64,000 bases of DNA from Candidatus Bacteroides merdipullorum (GCA_019116045.1 DXCK01000090.1:11914-75913), one strand, 5' to 3'; shown: positions 26,911-37,082, counted from the stretch's first letter. The notes: generated from the sequence alone by a model not told the origin. Made by a program: numbers and translations.

Positions 26911-29748
26911 TTATTGTTCCGGTACGGTCATCACCACCGTCAGCTTGTTCTTCTGCTTCAGCAGGTCGGCGGCGAACCGGGCGACATCCTGTGCTGTCAG
27001 CCCGTTGACGAGGGCTTCGTAGTCCTTGGTCTTGTCCACGCCGGTGTAGAGCATCTCTTTGATATTGCCCAGCCAGTAGCCGTTTTCCTTCTGGTTGTCG
27101 GCATACTTCTTCAGCATGTACTCCTTGATCTTCTGCATCTGCTCAGCCGAGGGGCCTTGCTGGGCCATCTTCTCCAGTTGGGCGTTGATGATGCCGTTCA
27201 GGTGCTCATACTTGGCAGGGTCGGTCTGATAGACGATTTGTACCATGGCATCCTGGCGTTCGCTGCTCAGTTGTCCATAGGTGCTGACGCCATACGTGCC
27301 GCCTTCCTTCTCGCGGATTTCCTCCGTATATACCATGTCGAGGGCTTGGTTGAGGACGCTCATCAGGACGGAGTTGCGCAGGTTGTATGCTACGTTGCCG
27401 CTCAGAATCATGGCTACGGTGGCCATCGGCGTTTGCTGCTCCTTGGCGAAGACGTTCTCCTTCATGCCCTTGGCGGGAAGCAACAGGTTGGCCTTGTTGT
27501 AGTTCTGCTTGGCACTCGTTGCGGGCAGTGCGCCGAGGTATTGCTCGATGTAGGGCTTGATGGAATCCAGCTCGGCATTGCCTACGAGGATGAAGGTGAA
27601 GTCGCCGCAGTCGGCAAAGGCTTGCTTGTACAGTTCGAGGATGCGGTCGTAGTTCACCTGGTCTATCATGGAGGCTTTCACATTGATGAAGCGTTCGTTC
27701 TGGCCGTACATCTCATAGCTCAGTGTGTCGCTGAAGACGGACATGGGGTTGGCTTCGGAGCTTTCCAACTGGGCTTTCAGGCGGTTCATGAAGGAGGTGA
27801 AAGCTTCTTCGTCCTTGCGGGGCTGGGTGAGGTAGAGGTAGGTGAGCTGCATCATGGTCTCGAAGTCCTTGGGCGAGCAGGAGCCGTTGACGTTCTCCTG
27901 CGTGGAGCCCACGGTAGCGGTGACGCTGACGTTCTTGCCGGCCAGCATCTTGGTCAGCTCGATGTTGCTGAAGTTGCCGGCACCGCCTGCATCTACCGCG
28001 CCGTTCATGAAGGAGTAGTTCAGCTTGTCGGCTGCGTCGAAGTTGGTCGTACCGCCCAGGCTGAAGCCGCTCATGCGGATTTCATCGGCCTTGAAGTTGG
28101 TCTTCTTCACATAGACCTTGATGCCGTTGGAGAGTGTCAGCAGGGTGGCGCCGAACAGGGCGTTGTCCTTCTGGCTGACAATCTTGCCGCCCTGGGGGGC
28201 TTCCTTCATCAGCGGTTCGTTGGACACCTTGTCCACGTAGGGCTGCACGTCGAGGGTGGGCATGGCTTTGAGGTCGGCGATGACTTCTTCCTTGGTGGGG
28301 ATGACCACGCCTTCCTTCTCCGGTGCGGCGATGAAGACGGCCTGGTTGTTGTCGGTGATGAGTTGCTGGGCCACTTGGTTGACGGCCTGCACGGGGATGT
28401 TGGGGGCCAGTTGGTTGAGCGTGGTGTATTCATATTCGATGCCGGGGATGGGTTCGGCGTGGAGGAAGTGCTGGAGACACTGGTTGACGTAGGTCATGTT
28501 GCTGGTCTTCTCGCGTTCGTTGTATTGCGATTGCAGGTCTTGCAGGATGTTGGCGCGGGCGCGGACATATTCGCTCTCGGTGAAGCCGTGGCGGCGTACG
28601 CGTTCTACTTCTTGCAGCAGGACTTTGAGGGCGTTGCTCAGGCCGTCGTCCTTGCAGTAGGCGCTGACGTTGAAGGCTTTCTTGGTGCCACTGAGGAAGA
28701 AGTCGCCGTCGGGCGAGCAGCCGGCCATGTTGAAGGGCGGGTTGGGCGACTGGGCCAGTTCGCTGAAGCGTTCGTTCAGCATGGTGGCGATGGCGGAGGT
28801 TATGTAGTTCATTGCCAAGTATTGGACTTGGGTCTTCAGGCTGTCGGGCATGGCGTCGTGCTTGAAGTAGATGTCTACGATGGGGGTGTCGATTTCCTTG
28901 TCCTTGCCGATGTAGACGATGGGCTCTTCGTTGTCGGGCACGGGGTACCAGATGCGTTCGGCGCGGTCGGCCGGCAGCTTGATGTCGGCAAAGAGGGTCT
29001 TTATCTTCTGCTCCATCTGGTCGACGTCGATGTCACCCACCACGATGATGCCTTGTAGGTCGGGGCGGTACCACTTGGCGTAGTAGTCGCGGATGGCTTG
29101 GTAGGGGAAGTTGTTGATGACGTCGAGGTGGCCGATGGGCATGCAGTCCGAGTACTTGGAGTCGGGGTAGAACGTGGCTTGTGCGTCGGTGTAGAGGCGG
29201 AGCATGCCGATGTTGCGGCTGCGCCACTCTTCGCGGATGACGCCGCGCTCTTTGTCAATCTCTTTGTCAGCCAGTAGGATGGAGTTACTCCAGTCGTGCA
29301 GGATGAGCAGGCAGGAGTCGACGATGGCGGGGTCGGTGCTGGGCACATTTTCTATATTATATACTGTCTCGTCTACCGAAGTATAAGCGTTGAGGTTGGT
29401 GCCGAACTTGATACCTTTCGATTCGCACCATTGCACGATGCCCAGGCCGCGCTCGTCGCCGGGGAAGTTCTGGGTGCCGTTGAAGGCCATGTGTTCCAGG
29501 AAGTGGGCCAGGCCGCGCTGCTGGGGTTCTTCGAGGATGGAGCCTACTTTCTGCGCGATGTAGAACTCGACGCGGTTTTCGGGCTTCTCGTTGTGACGGA
29601 TGTAGTAGGTCAGTCCGTTGTCCAGACGGCCGATGCGGACTTGCGGGTCTACCGGCAGGGGGGGCAGTTGCATCTGGGCAACTGCTTGTTGCAGGCCGCA
29701 GCACAGGATGAGTGCCGCGAGCCAAAGTGTACGTGTCAATCGTTTCAT
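26911..29748 (-). CDS. M16 (pitrilysin/PqqL-like) zinc peptidase with signal peptide
   Basis: GLAHFLEHMAFNG (HxxEH), NAYTS.DET, ERGVI.EE, IREKEG.TY. Confidence 0.93.
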   Translation of the reverse strand: MKRLTRTLWLAALILCCGLQQAVAQMQLPPLPVDPQVRIGRLDNGLTYYIRHNEKPENRVEFYIAQKVGSILEEPQQRGLAHFLEHMAFNGTQNFPGDERGLGIVQWCESKGIKFGTNLNAYTSVDETVYNIENVPSTDPAIVDSCLLILHDWSNSILLADKEIDKERGVIREEWRSRNIGMLRLYTDAQATFYPDSKYSDCMPIGHLDVINNFPYQAIRDYYAKWYRPDLQGIIVVGDIDVDQMEQKIKTLFADIKLPADRAERIWYPVPDNEEPIVYIGKDKEIDTPIVDIYFKHDAMPDSLKTQVQYLAMNYITSAIATMLNERFSELAQSPNPPFNMAGCSPDGDFFLSGTKKAFNVSAYCKDDGLSNALKVLLQEVERVRRHGFTESEYVRARANILQDLQSQYNEREKTSNMTYVNQCLQHFLHAEPIPGIEYEYTTLNQLAPNIPVQAVNQVAQQLITDNNQAVFIAAPEKEGVVIPTKEEVIADLKAMPTLDVQPYVDKVSNEPLMKEAPQGGKIVSQKDNALFGATLLTLSNGIKVYVKKTNFKADEIRMSGFSLGGTTNFDAADKLNYSFMNGAVDAGGAGNFSNIELTKMLAGKNVSVTATVGSTQENVNGSCSPKDFETMMQLTYLYLTQPRKDEEAFTSFMNRLKAQLESSEANPMSVFSDTLSYEMYGQNERFINVKASMIDQVNYDRILELYKQAFADCGDFTFILVGNAELDSIKPYIEQYLGALPATSAKQNYNKANLLLPAKGMKENVFAKEQQTPMATVAMILSGNVAYNLRNSVLMSVLNQALDMVYTEEIREKEGGTYGVSTYGQLSSERQDAMVQIVYQTDPAKYEHLNGIINAQLEKMAQQGPSAEQMQKIKEYMLKKYADNQKENGYWLGNIKEMLYTGVDKTKDYEALVNGLTAQDVARFAADLLKQKNKLTVVMTVPEQ

Positions 29749-29831
29749 ATTGCTATGTTTTAAACATGTTTTGCCTTATCTGTCGCACCTCGTGGCGGGA
29801 AATCACACGGGGGCGAGGTTTTTTGTATGGG

Positions 29832-29929
29832 GGGTACCCTACGTATGCTTAGGACGGGTACCCTACGCGCTTGTTCATGGGGTGGTGAACTAATGCGTTC
29901 ATGGGGTGGTGAACTAATGCGTTCATGGG
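29832..29929. repeat. Two adjacent 24-bp-period tandem repeats
   Basis: gggtaccctacg twice at 24-bp spacing; gttcatggggtggtgaactaatgc about 2.4 times. Confidence 0.8.
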
Positions 29930-29941
29930 TACATCACCTTT

Positions 29942-30760
29942 TCACTCTCCCCCGCCGATGGCTCGGCGGATGCGCACCAGCCGCTCCAGCAAGCCTTCCA
30001 GCAGGTCGAGGCGGAGCATGTTGGCCCCGTCGCTCTTGGCCACCGAGGGGTCTTCGTGCGTCTCGATGAACAGTCCGTCGGCCCCCACGGCGATGCCCGC
30101 GCGGGCGATGGTCTCGATGAGCTGCGGCATGCCGCCCGTCACTCCTCCCGCCTGGTTGGGCTGTTGCAGCGAGTGCGTGGCGTCCAGGATGACCGGGTAG
30201 CCGTAGGCCTGCATCTCGGGGATGCCGCGGTAGTCCACCACCAGGTCCTGATAGCCGAAGGTCGTGCCCCGCTCGGTCAGCATCACGTCCGCATCGCCCG
30301 CGCCCACCACCTTTTCGGCGGCAAAGTGCATGGCCTGGGGCGAGAGGAACTGCCCCTTCTTGATGTTCACCGTGCGCCCCGTCTGTGCGGCGGCCACCAG
30401 CAGGTCGGTCTGCCGGCAGAGGAAGGCGGGTATCTGGAGGATGTCGACGTATTCGGCTGCCATCTGCGCCTCGTCGGCCGCGTGTATGTCCGTCACGGTG
30501 GGGATGCCAAACGTGTCGTGCACCTTGCGCAGCACGCGCAGCGCCCGCTCGTCGCCGATGCCCGTGAACGAGTCCAGGCGCGAGCGGTTGGCCTTGCGGT
30601 ACGAGCCTTTGAACACGTAGGGGATGCCGAGGCGTTCCGTTATCTTGACGATGCGTTCGGCGATGCGCAGGGCCATGTCCTCGCCCTCGATGACGCAGGG
30701 ACCTGCCAGCAGGAAGAAGTTGCCGGCGGGGTTGTTCTTCAGTTGTTCGGATAGTTTCAT
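29942..30760 (-). CDS. kdsA: KDO-8-phosphate synthase
   Basis: AGPCVIE, KANRS, QIPAFLCRQT, KKGQF, ERG, DATHS. Confidence 0.97.
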   Translation of the reverse strand: MKLSEQLKNNPAGNFFLLAGPCVIEGEDMALRIAERIVKITERLGIPYVFKGSYRKANRSRLDSFTGIGDERALRVLRKVHDTFGIPTVTDIHAADEAQMAAEYVDILQIPAFLCRQTDLLVAAAQTGRTVNIKKGQFLSPQAMHFAAEKVVGAGDADVMLTERGTTFGYQDLVVDYRGIPEMQAYGYPVILDATHSLQQPNQAGGVTGGMPQLIETIARAGIAVGADGLFIETHEDPSVAKSDGANMLRLDLLEGLLERLVRIRRAIGGGE

Positions 30761-30781
30761 TGTTCTATATGTATATGTCTT

Positions 30782-31705
30782 TTACGGGATAATCAGTGTG
30801 ATGGCTTCGTGCAGGATGCCTATGTTCAGCGGGAAATGCCTGTCCAGGATGCGTCCGTCCAGGTCGACCACCGCGTTGCGTGCCCGCAGCACCTTCACCT
30901 CGCGGGTGCGGAAGGGCTTCACCAGCCGGTGGTTCAGGATGCGCCCCTGGATGAGCATCCACAGCCCGCCCCACAGTTGGCGCAGCTCCGGGCGGTAGAT
31001 GACGGACACGTCCAGCCAGCCGTTGTAGGGCACGGCGCTGGGCACCTGTCCGTAGCCCGTAGCACTGCCGATGCACACCGTCATGATGCGGCCGCGCACG
31101 TGCTCGCCGTTAATCTTCAGGTGCATGCGGTACAGCTTCCGCTCGAAGATAAGCGACAGGAAGGCCATGAAGTACGACAGGTATTTCACTCCCCAGAACC
31201 GTTTGCACTGGTCGGTAATCTTCACAATCCTCGCCCCCAGCCCGATGTTGATGGCGTTCAGGAAGTAGCGCGTCACGTGCTTCTGCCCGTCGTAATACTG
31301 GCAGGTACCTACGTCTATCTTGCGGCGGCGTCCGCGGACGAGGCAGTCCACCGCCTCGCGGTAGTCGTCGCTCATCTCCCAGTAGTCGGCAAAGTCGTTG
31401 CCGATGCCGTTTGGGATGATGCCCAGGGCAATGTCTTCTTTCCGCAGGGCGTTGGAGTGCATGATGCCGTTGATGGCGTCGTTCAGCGCCCCGTCTCCTC
31501 CCACGATGACGATGGTGCGGTAGCCGTTGTTGGCCAGCACGCCTGCCAGTCGCTCTACTGCGCCGAAGCCTTCGGACTGTACGTAGTCGTAGGCCACGCC
31601 CAGGCTGTCCATGTAGTCTTTTATCTCTTTCCAGCGCTTTTGCACCTTTCGGGTGCCGGCTTTGGGGTTATAGATGATGCCCCATCTTTCGGGTTCTGCT
31701 TTCAT
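30782..31705 (-). CDS. Diacylglycerol/lipid kinase family protein (YegS/DagK-like)
   Basis: YNPKAG, GGDG, P.GIGNDFA, DG motifs. Confidence 0.9.
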   Translation of the reverse strand: MKAEPERWGIIYNPKAGTRKVQKRWKEIKDYMDSLGVAYDYVQSEGFGAVERLAGVLANNGYRTIVIVGGDGALNDAINGIMHSNALRKEDIALGIIPNGIGNDFADYWEMSDDYREAVDCLVRGRRRKIDVGTCQYYDGQKHVTRYFLNAINIGLGARIVKITDQCKRFWGVKYLSYFMAFLSLIFERKLYRMHLKINGEHVRGRIMTVCIGSATGYGQVPSAVPYNGWLDVSVIYRPELRQLWGGLWMLIQGRILNHRLVKPFRTREVKVLRARNAVVDLDGRILDRHFPLNIGILHEAITLIIP

Positions 31706-32658
31706 GTTTCCGTAGGTTTGGTTAAATGTGACGATGTTTCGTATTCCTCCAGCAGCCGTCGGGTGGCGGCCACCTTGTCGGCTGTGGGCAGGCTGGCGTC
31801 TATCCAGTGTATGGTGAAGCCTCGGCGTTCCATGCCCCGGAACCAGGTCATCTGCCGTTTGGCAAACTGGTGGATGGCTGTCTCCAGTCCCCGCACCATC
31901 TCGTCGTAGGCCAGCCGGCCGGTGGCATAGAGCGTGAGATATTTGTATTCCAGTCCGTAGTACGTCAGGTCTTCCGGCGCGATGCCTTCGTCCAGCAGGC
32001 GGCGCACTTCGTCCACCATGCCCTCGTCCAAGCGTTGGCGCAAGCGTTGGCTGATGCGCCTGCGGCGTTCGTCCCGCTCGATGCTGATGCCGACAATCAG
32101 GCTGTCCAACTGCGGGAAGGGTCGTTCTTCGACAGGCGCGTGGCGGTAGTATTCTTCTATCTCGATGGCGCGGATGGCCCGTTTGGGCGTGTCCACGTCG
32201 GTCGTATTGTGCAGCGTCTTGTAGGACTTCAGCAGCTCGGTCAGTTCATCCAAAGTCTTGTCGGCCAGGGCTGCGCGCAGGGCAGGGTTTTCCGGGACAG
32301 GCAGCAGGCGGTAGCCTCGCAGCACGGCTTCCAGGTACAGGCCCGTGCCGCCGCACACGATGGGCAGGCGGCCGCGCGCCCTGATGCCGTCGTATGCCTT
32401 CCGGAAGTCGCGCTGATACTCGAAGAGGTTGTACTTGGTGCCTGGCTCGGCGATGTCGATGAGATGGTAGGGCACCCGCCGGCCGTCCACCACATAGTCG
32501 TCCAGGTCTTTGCCCGTTCCCAAATCCATGCGGCGGTACACCTGGCGCGAGTCGGCGCTGATGATTTCCGTGTCGAGCTCGGCAGCCAGGGCTGCTGCCA
32601 GCGTGGTTTTGCCCGATGCGGTGGGGCCTAATATGGCGATTAAATCTGGGACAGGCAT
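31702..32658 (-). CDS. miaA: tRNA dimethylallyltransferase
   Basis: GPTASGKT, DSRQVY, GGTGLY, AKRQMTW. Confidence 0.95.
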   Translation of the reverse strand: MPVPDLIAILGPTASGKTTLAAALAAELDTEIISADSRQVYRRMDLGTGKDLDDYVVDGRRVPYHLIDIAEPGTKYNLFEYQRDFRKAYDGIRARGRLPIVCGGTGLYLEAVLRGYRLLPVPENPALRAALADKTLDELTELLKSYKTLHNTTDVDTPKRAIRAIEIEEYYRHAPVEERPFPQLDSLIVGISIERDERRRRISQRLRQRLDEGMVDEVRRLLDEGIAPEDLTYYGLEYKYLTLYATGRLAYDEMVRGLETAIHQFAKRQMTWFRGMERRGFTIHWIDASLPTADKVAATRRLLEEYETSSHLTKPTET

Positions 32659-32870
32659 ATAGTCGTGTGGTTCGTTTCTGTTACGGTCACAAAGATAGCG
32701 CAAAATCGGATAGAATATGCAAAACTTTTGTCTAAAAAAAGCCGTTTGCCTGTCGTGCGCAAGAAGCATGCCTCGTGTGCGTCCGGAGCGTGCTGCGTGT
32801 GCGGAAGAGCGAAGCGTTTGCTACGTTGAAATGAAAAAGGACGTGAACAGGAGGCGTGCTTTTATTAAAA

Positions 32871-32886
32871 TATGTTGTAAAACATA
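32871..32886. promoter_or_regulatory. Cur (BT4338, Crp-family)-like palindromic site upstream of sRNA copy 1
   Basis: TATGTTgTAaAACATA matches the consensus TATGTTnTAnAACATA as I recall it; lies just upstream of TTTG(32904)-19 nt-TACCTTTG(32927). Confidence 0.7.
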
Positions 32887-32936
32887 CTTTTTTGGCTGGA
32901 TAATTTGCAGGTATCGCAAAAGTCCGTACCTTTGCA

Positions 32937-33000
32937 ACGTGTTTTTCATGGTATTAGATTTAAGGTTAACAAAGGTTGGGCTCAGCGGAGCCCTTTTTTT
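32937..33000 (+). ncRNA. Paralogous small RNA, copy 1 (FopS-like candidate)
   Basis: Canonical -33/-7 promoter, core GTGTTTTTCATGGTATTAGATTTAAGGTTAACAAAG, GGGCTC-AGCG-GAGCCC-T7 terminator; three copies in the window. Confidence 0.75.
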
Positions 33001-33024
33001 ATGTCCGTACCCTTCCTCTTTTCT

Positions 33025-33645
33025 TTAGAACTTGCAGAACAACGATACGAAAAACGGTACACTCAGGTCGATGAGCAGGCCGTGGAAGATGGCCACCGGT
33101 ATCATCTCCTTGCCCGAATGGCGGGTGATGGTGGGCAGCAGCACGTCCATCGAGTTGACGCCTGCGGCAGAAATGGGGGCCAGGCGTCCGAAGTGTTTCC
33201 GTATCAGCGAAGCACCCAGCAGGGCGGTCATCTCGCGGAAGATGTTGGCCAGCAAGGCGATGGTACCCAGCTCGGTGGCCGCTTGCAGCCCGATGGAGGC
33301 TTCTTTGAGCTGTGTAATCAGGATGGACGAGAGTGAATAGTAGGCGAATCCGCTGCCCACAGCCATACATTCGGCCATGCTCCAGCGGTTCAACACCAGC
33401 GCGGCGGCGGCCGAAAACAGCAGCGTGCCTGCAATGGTGGCTACGGGCACCAGCAACATCCGGGGTCTCAGGCTGCCGAACATTCGCTTCAGGTCGCGGT
33501 TGCTGCCCATACTCAGGCCTACTTGGAACATCAGGACGTAGAGTATGCCGAGCGACACTGTGTGCAACTCCAGTGACACTTCACACAGCAGGCCTGCCAG
33601 GCAACCTGCTCCGAAGAAAGACAGAATGGCCAGGTTCTTTTTCAT
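33025..33645 (-). CDS. LysO-family (DUF340) exporter, large part
   Basis: GSGFAYYSLS, NIFRE, SMDVLLP, HG motifs; start at MKKNLAIL. Confidence 0.88.
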   Translation of the reverse strand: MKKNLAILSFFGAGCLAGLLCEVSLELHTVSLGILYVLMFQVGLSMGSNRDLKRMFGSLRPRMLLVPVATIAGTLLFSAAAALVLNRWSMAECMAVGSGFAYYSLSSILITQLKEASIGLQAATELGTIALLANIFREMTALLGASLIRKHFGRLAPISAAGVNSMDVLLPTITRHSGKEMIPVAIFHGLLIDLSVPFFVSLFCKF

Positions 33646-33923
33646 GATTCCTCCTTTCTTTGTTTGAAAAACAAGCGTAACACGAGCGCGGCGGCCAAGA
33701 TGCTGCCAGCCGTGCCGGCCGTGGCCAGAACGGCGGCCTGCCAGCCAAAGTCGCTCAGGTTGTCGATGATAAGATGGTTGGAGCCTATGGACAGGCCCAA
33801 CACGAAAAGCAGCAGGAAGACGGTGAGCGAAGTGCTCTTTTCCAGTTGGCGCAGAAGGGTCATGTGGCGGCACAGATATCCGATGAAACCTCCTGCCGCC
33901 ATGGTCAATAAAATACTGAACAT
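33642..33923 (-). CDS. LysO-family (DUF340) exporter, small part
   Basis: LLLFVLGLSIGSN; 3 TM segments; ATGA overlap with the next gene. Confidence 0.85.
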   Translation of the reverse strand: MFSILLTMAAGGFIGYLCRHMTLLRQLEKSTSLTVFLLLFVLGLSIGSNHLIIDNLSDFGWQAAVLATAGTAGSILAAALVLRLFFKQRKEES

Positions 33924-34057
33924 GGTGTGTTTGTTTCTTTTAAAACCGTGTGACGTTAGGGTAAAACACTCTCATGCAGGCCTCCGCAAGCGAGGCAGCT
34001 ACATGTTTTTCCGCCGGGCAAGCAGCCGGAAAACTGAGGGAAGAAGAAGGGAAAAGG

Positions 34058-34165
34058 TCAGATGAAACCGCTGAACCAATGTACGTGCACCAGCAGGCAA
34101 CTACGCGAAGAGCCGTTGGCTTCCGTGCAGGCAAATGTGCGGTATGTGCAGTCGGTCTGTTTCAT
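34058..34165 (-). CDS. Putative 35-aa leader peptide, MKQTDCTYRTFACTEANGSSRSCLLVHVHWFSGFI
   Basis: Begins about 20 nt after the TACCTTTG promoter (34187-34194), inside the ~260-nt leader of the LysO operon. Confidence 0.5.
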   Translation of the reverse strand: MKQTDCTYRTFACTEANGSSRSCLLVHVHWFSGFI

Positions 34166-34302
34166 TGTTTCTGGGATTTTGCGGTGCAAAGGTAAGACTT
34201 TGTTGCATACAATCCAAATAAATATGCAATAAAGATTGCTGCAAACCCTCTGTCGGCAGCCACGTCAGCGAGCCGGCATGCGGGGAGTCGCGTCGGTGCG
34301 GG

Positions 34303-35001
34303 TCACTGGTTTTTCAAGTTCAAGATGTGGCAGGCCACCAATGCCGCCGTCTCTGTCCGCAATCGCGAGGGACCCAGGCTGATGGGGATGAAGCCCGCTT
34401 CTGCGGCCAAACGGACCTCTTCTTCGCTGAAATCGCCCTCCGGGCCTATCAGCACCAAAACATTCTCGCCCTTGCGCACCATGTCTTTCAGCGACGGCTT
34501 TTCGCCTTTATAGCAATGCGCAATGAACTTCTGTCCCTCGAAAGGCTGTGCGATGAATGTCTTAAAGTCCGTCATCTCGTTCAGCCGGGGTAGGCGTGCC
34601 TTGAGCGATTGCTTGATGGCCGACACCAGAATCTTGGCGATGCGTTCGGTCTTAATGACCTTGCGCTCGGAAAAACGGCAATTCAGGAACGTCAGTTCAT
34701 CCAGTCCGATTTCGGTGGCTTTCTCGGCAAACCATTCGGTGCGGTCCATGTTTTTGGTGGGTGCCATGGCGATGTGTAGATGCCCGCTCCACAAAGGGGC
34801 TTGCGCTTCAATCTCCAGAATGTCTACCAGGCAGCGCTTGTGGGCCGCCAAGCTGATGCGTGCGTGATAGAAGTGGCCGACGCCGTCGGTCAGCATGATT
34901 TCGTCGCCGGCTTGCAGGCGTAGCACGCGCAACGCATGGGCGGCTTCTTCTTCCGGCAGTTCGTGGACGGACTGTATGTCAGGTGTGTAAAAAATGTGCA
35001 T
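34303..35001 (-). CDS. rsmE: 16S rRNA m3U1498 methyltransferase
   Basis: H..RVLR, EKATEIG, IGPEGDF, LG.SRLRTETA. Confidence 0.96.
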   Translation of the reverse strand: MHIFYTPDIQSVHELPEEEAAHALRVLRLQAGDEIMLTDGVGHFYHARISLAAHKRCLVDILEIEAQAPLWSGHLHIAMAPTKNMDRTEWFAEKATEIGLDELTFLNCRFSERKVIKTERIAKILVSAIKQSLKARLPRLNEMTDFKTFIAQPFEGQKFIAHCYKGEKPSLKDMVRKGENVLVLIGPEGDFSEEEVRLAAEAGFIPISLGPSRLRTETAALVACHILNLKNQ

Positions 35002-35010
35002 GGCGTAACG

Positions 35011-35574
35011 TTATGAGATGTGTAGTTGCTTGAGTTGGTCGCGCAAGACGGCGGCCTGCTCGTAGTTTTCTTCGTCGATGGCTTTTTGCAGAGCGGCTTT
35101 CAGTGCTTTCTCGTTCTGTTTCAGCAGCTCCTCTTCGCTCAGTTCCGCAGGCTCTTCGTCCACAGTCGGGATACATTCTCTTTGCAAAAGGTCGTCGTAT
35201 ATCAATACAGGAGCACCCATGTGCAGAGCCAAAGCCACGGCATCGCTGGTGCGTGAATCAATGCGCAAGAGTATTTCACCCGAACGCAGGTATATATAAG
35301 TATAGAATATGCCTTTTTCCGCTTTGTAAATAAGCACGCGCAACAAGCGAATCCCCAGTGCGTCCAGCACCGATGCAAACAAGTCATGCGTCAACGGGCG
35401 CGAAGGGTGGATGCCTCGCAGTTCGAGCGCGATGGCCTGTGCTTCCGATGCGCCTATGATGACGGGGAGCTGCCGCCTGCCGCCTGCCTCGGTAAGCAAC
35501 AGGGTATAGCCTCCCACTTGTGCGTGGCTGGCGCTGAGGCTTGACACTTGCAGTTCTACTTTCTTTCTGTCCAT
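35011..35574 (-). CDS. Bifunctional nuclease family (DUF151) with C-terminal UVR domain
   Basis: LPVIIG..EA, RPLTHDL, DSRTSDAVALA, ENYEQAA.LRD. Confidence 0.9.
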   Translation of the reverse strand: MDRKKVELQVSSLSASHAQVGGYTLLLTEAGGRRQLPVIIGASEAQAIALELRGIHPSRPLTHDLFASVLDALGIRLLRVLIYKAEKGIFYTYIYLRSGEILLRIDSRTSDAVALALHMGAPVLIYDDLLQRECIPTVDEEPAELSEEELLKQNEKALKAALQKAIDEENYEQAAVLRDQLKQLHIS

Positions 35575-35590
35575 ACGTTTCCTTCCTTTC

Positions 35591-36841
35591 TTATAAGGTC
35601 TTTTCCGGGGTGTGCTTGTAGCGGAAGACTACGGCAAACACCAGCCCAAGAACCAGTGCGTAGGCGGCAAAAATCATCCAGATAGGTGTCCACTCGCGGC
35701 TGATGAGCCCTCCGCCTTCGGCATAGACGGAAAACATGTCTACCACGGCGCCGCTGGCATACCCGCCCACGAAAGCACCGATGCCGTTGGTCATCATGAA
35801 AAACAAGCCTTGTGCACTGGCCCGGATGCCAGAGTGTGCCTCCATTTCGGTGAATAGCGAGCCGGACACGTTGAAGAAGTCAAAAGCCATGCCGTAAACA
35901 ATCATCGAGAGGATGAGCATCCATATCCCGTCGCCCGGGTTGCCCAGCCCGAAAAGTCCGAAACGGAACACCCATGCAAACATGCTGATGAGCATGACGC
36001 GCTTGATGCCGAAATGGCGTAAGAAAAACGGTATGGCCAGGATGAACAGCGTTTCGCTCATTTGCGAGATGGAAAGCAGTATGACGGAATGTTTGACGCC
36101 AAACGAGTCGGCATATTCGGGGATGGAGGCAAACGAACTGAGGAACGTGTCGCCGTATGTGTTCGTAATCTGAAGGGCAGCCCCCAAAAGCATGGAGAAG
36201 AGGAAGAAGATGGCCATCTTTTTTTGCTTGAACAGCACCAGAGCGTCCAATCCGAAGGCAGAGAGCAGTGTTTTCTTTTCGTTACGTTCGGGCGGGCATG
36301 GGGGCAGGGTGAATGAGTATAAGCCTAAGACAACGGCCGAGATAGCCGCCACGTACAACTGGGCGGCGCTGTATTTGAATCCTGTCAAGTCTACCAGCCA
36401 CATGGCGCAAATAAATCCCACCGTGCCCCATACGCGGATGGGCGGGAAGTCTTTCACCAAATCGAGTTTGTATTTCTCCAATGCGTTGTATGAAACGGTG
36501 TTGGCCAGCGACAGCGTGGGCATGTAGGCCAGCAGGTTGAGCAGCATGGCCACGTACATCTGTTCGTAGCTGCTGGCTGTCGATGCATAGAACAAGGCGC
36601 CTGCGCCTATCAGATGAAGCAACCCGTACAGCTTTTCGGCGTTTATCCATTTGTCGGCTATGATGCCGGTAAGTCCCGGCATGAACAGGGCGGCTATGCC
36701 CATTGTCGCGAAAATTTTGCCGATTTCTCCGCCTTCGAAGTGCAGTGTGTTGTTCATGTAGCTGCCTAACGAGATAAGCCATGCGCCCCATACGAAGAAT
36801 TGCAGGAATTGCATGGCGGTTAGTCTTATCTTAATGTTCAT
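35591..36841 (-). CDS. Nucleoside:H+ symporter (NupG/XapB family, MFS)
   Basis: FLQFFVWGAW, FPPIRVWGTVGF, SQMSE, AFDFFNVSG. Confidence 0.92.
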   Translation of the reverse strand: MNIKIRLTAMQFLQFFVWGAWLISLGSYMNNTLHFEGGEIGKIFATMGIAALFMPGLTGIIADKWINAEKLYGLLHLIGAGALFYASTASSYEQMYVAMLLNLLAYMPTLSLANTVSYNALEKYKLDLVKDFPPIRVWGTVGFICAMWLVDLTGFKYSAAQLYVAAISAVVLGLYSFTLPPCPPERNEKKTLLSAFGLDALVLFKQKKMAIFFLFSMLLGAALQITNTYGDTFLSSFASIPEYADSFGVKHSVILLSISQMSETLFILAIPFFLRHFGIKRVMLISMFAWVFRFGLFGLGNPGDGIWMLILSMIVYGMAFDFFNVSGSLFTEMEAHSGIRASAQGLFFMMTNGIGAFVGGYASGAVVDMFSVYAEGGGLISREWTPIWMIFAAYALVLGLVFAVVFRYKHTPEKTL

Positions 36842-36992
36842 AGGTGTATGTTTTTGACGGTTGTTGTTTCAACGTTCTTGCTATTTATTGCAAATGTACG
36901 ATGTTGATGCAAAAAAAACAAGTCCGGGCGGGGTAAAAAGATGGAGGACGGAAGAAGAAACGAAAAGCGCCGGAGGCGGAAGTGAAGGGCAT

Positions 36993-37066
36993 AAAAAAAA
37001 GAAGGGTATCTATCCCAGACACCCAATCTTTGTTAACCTTAAATCTAATACCATGAAAAACACGTT
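36993..37066 (-). ncRNA. Paralogous small RNA, copy 2
   Basis: Same core as copy 1 on the minus strand after TACCTTTG (37068-37075); different terminator hairpin GGGTGTCT...AGATACCC plus T-tract. Confidence 0.72.
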
Positions 37067-37082
37067 GCAAAGGTAAGCGTTT

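Noticed and set aside
29753-29768. TATGTTTTAAACATG near the M16 start as another Cur-like site
   Set aside because: The half-site spacing is one base short, and it lies in the A/T-rich initiation region.
37053-37076. Micro-ORF MKNTLQR antisense to the repeated element
   Set aside because: Promoter and terminator orientation support the other strand; the ORF-like look is better explained as target mimicry.
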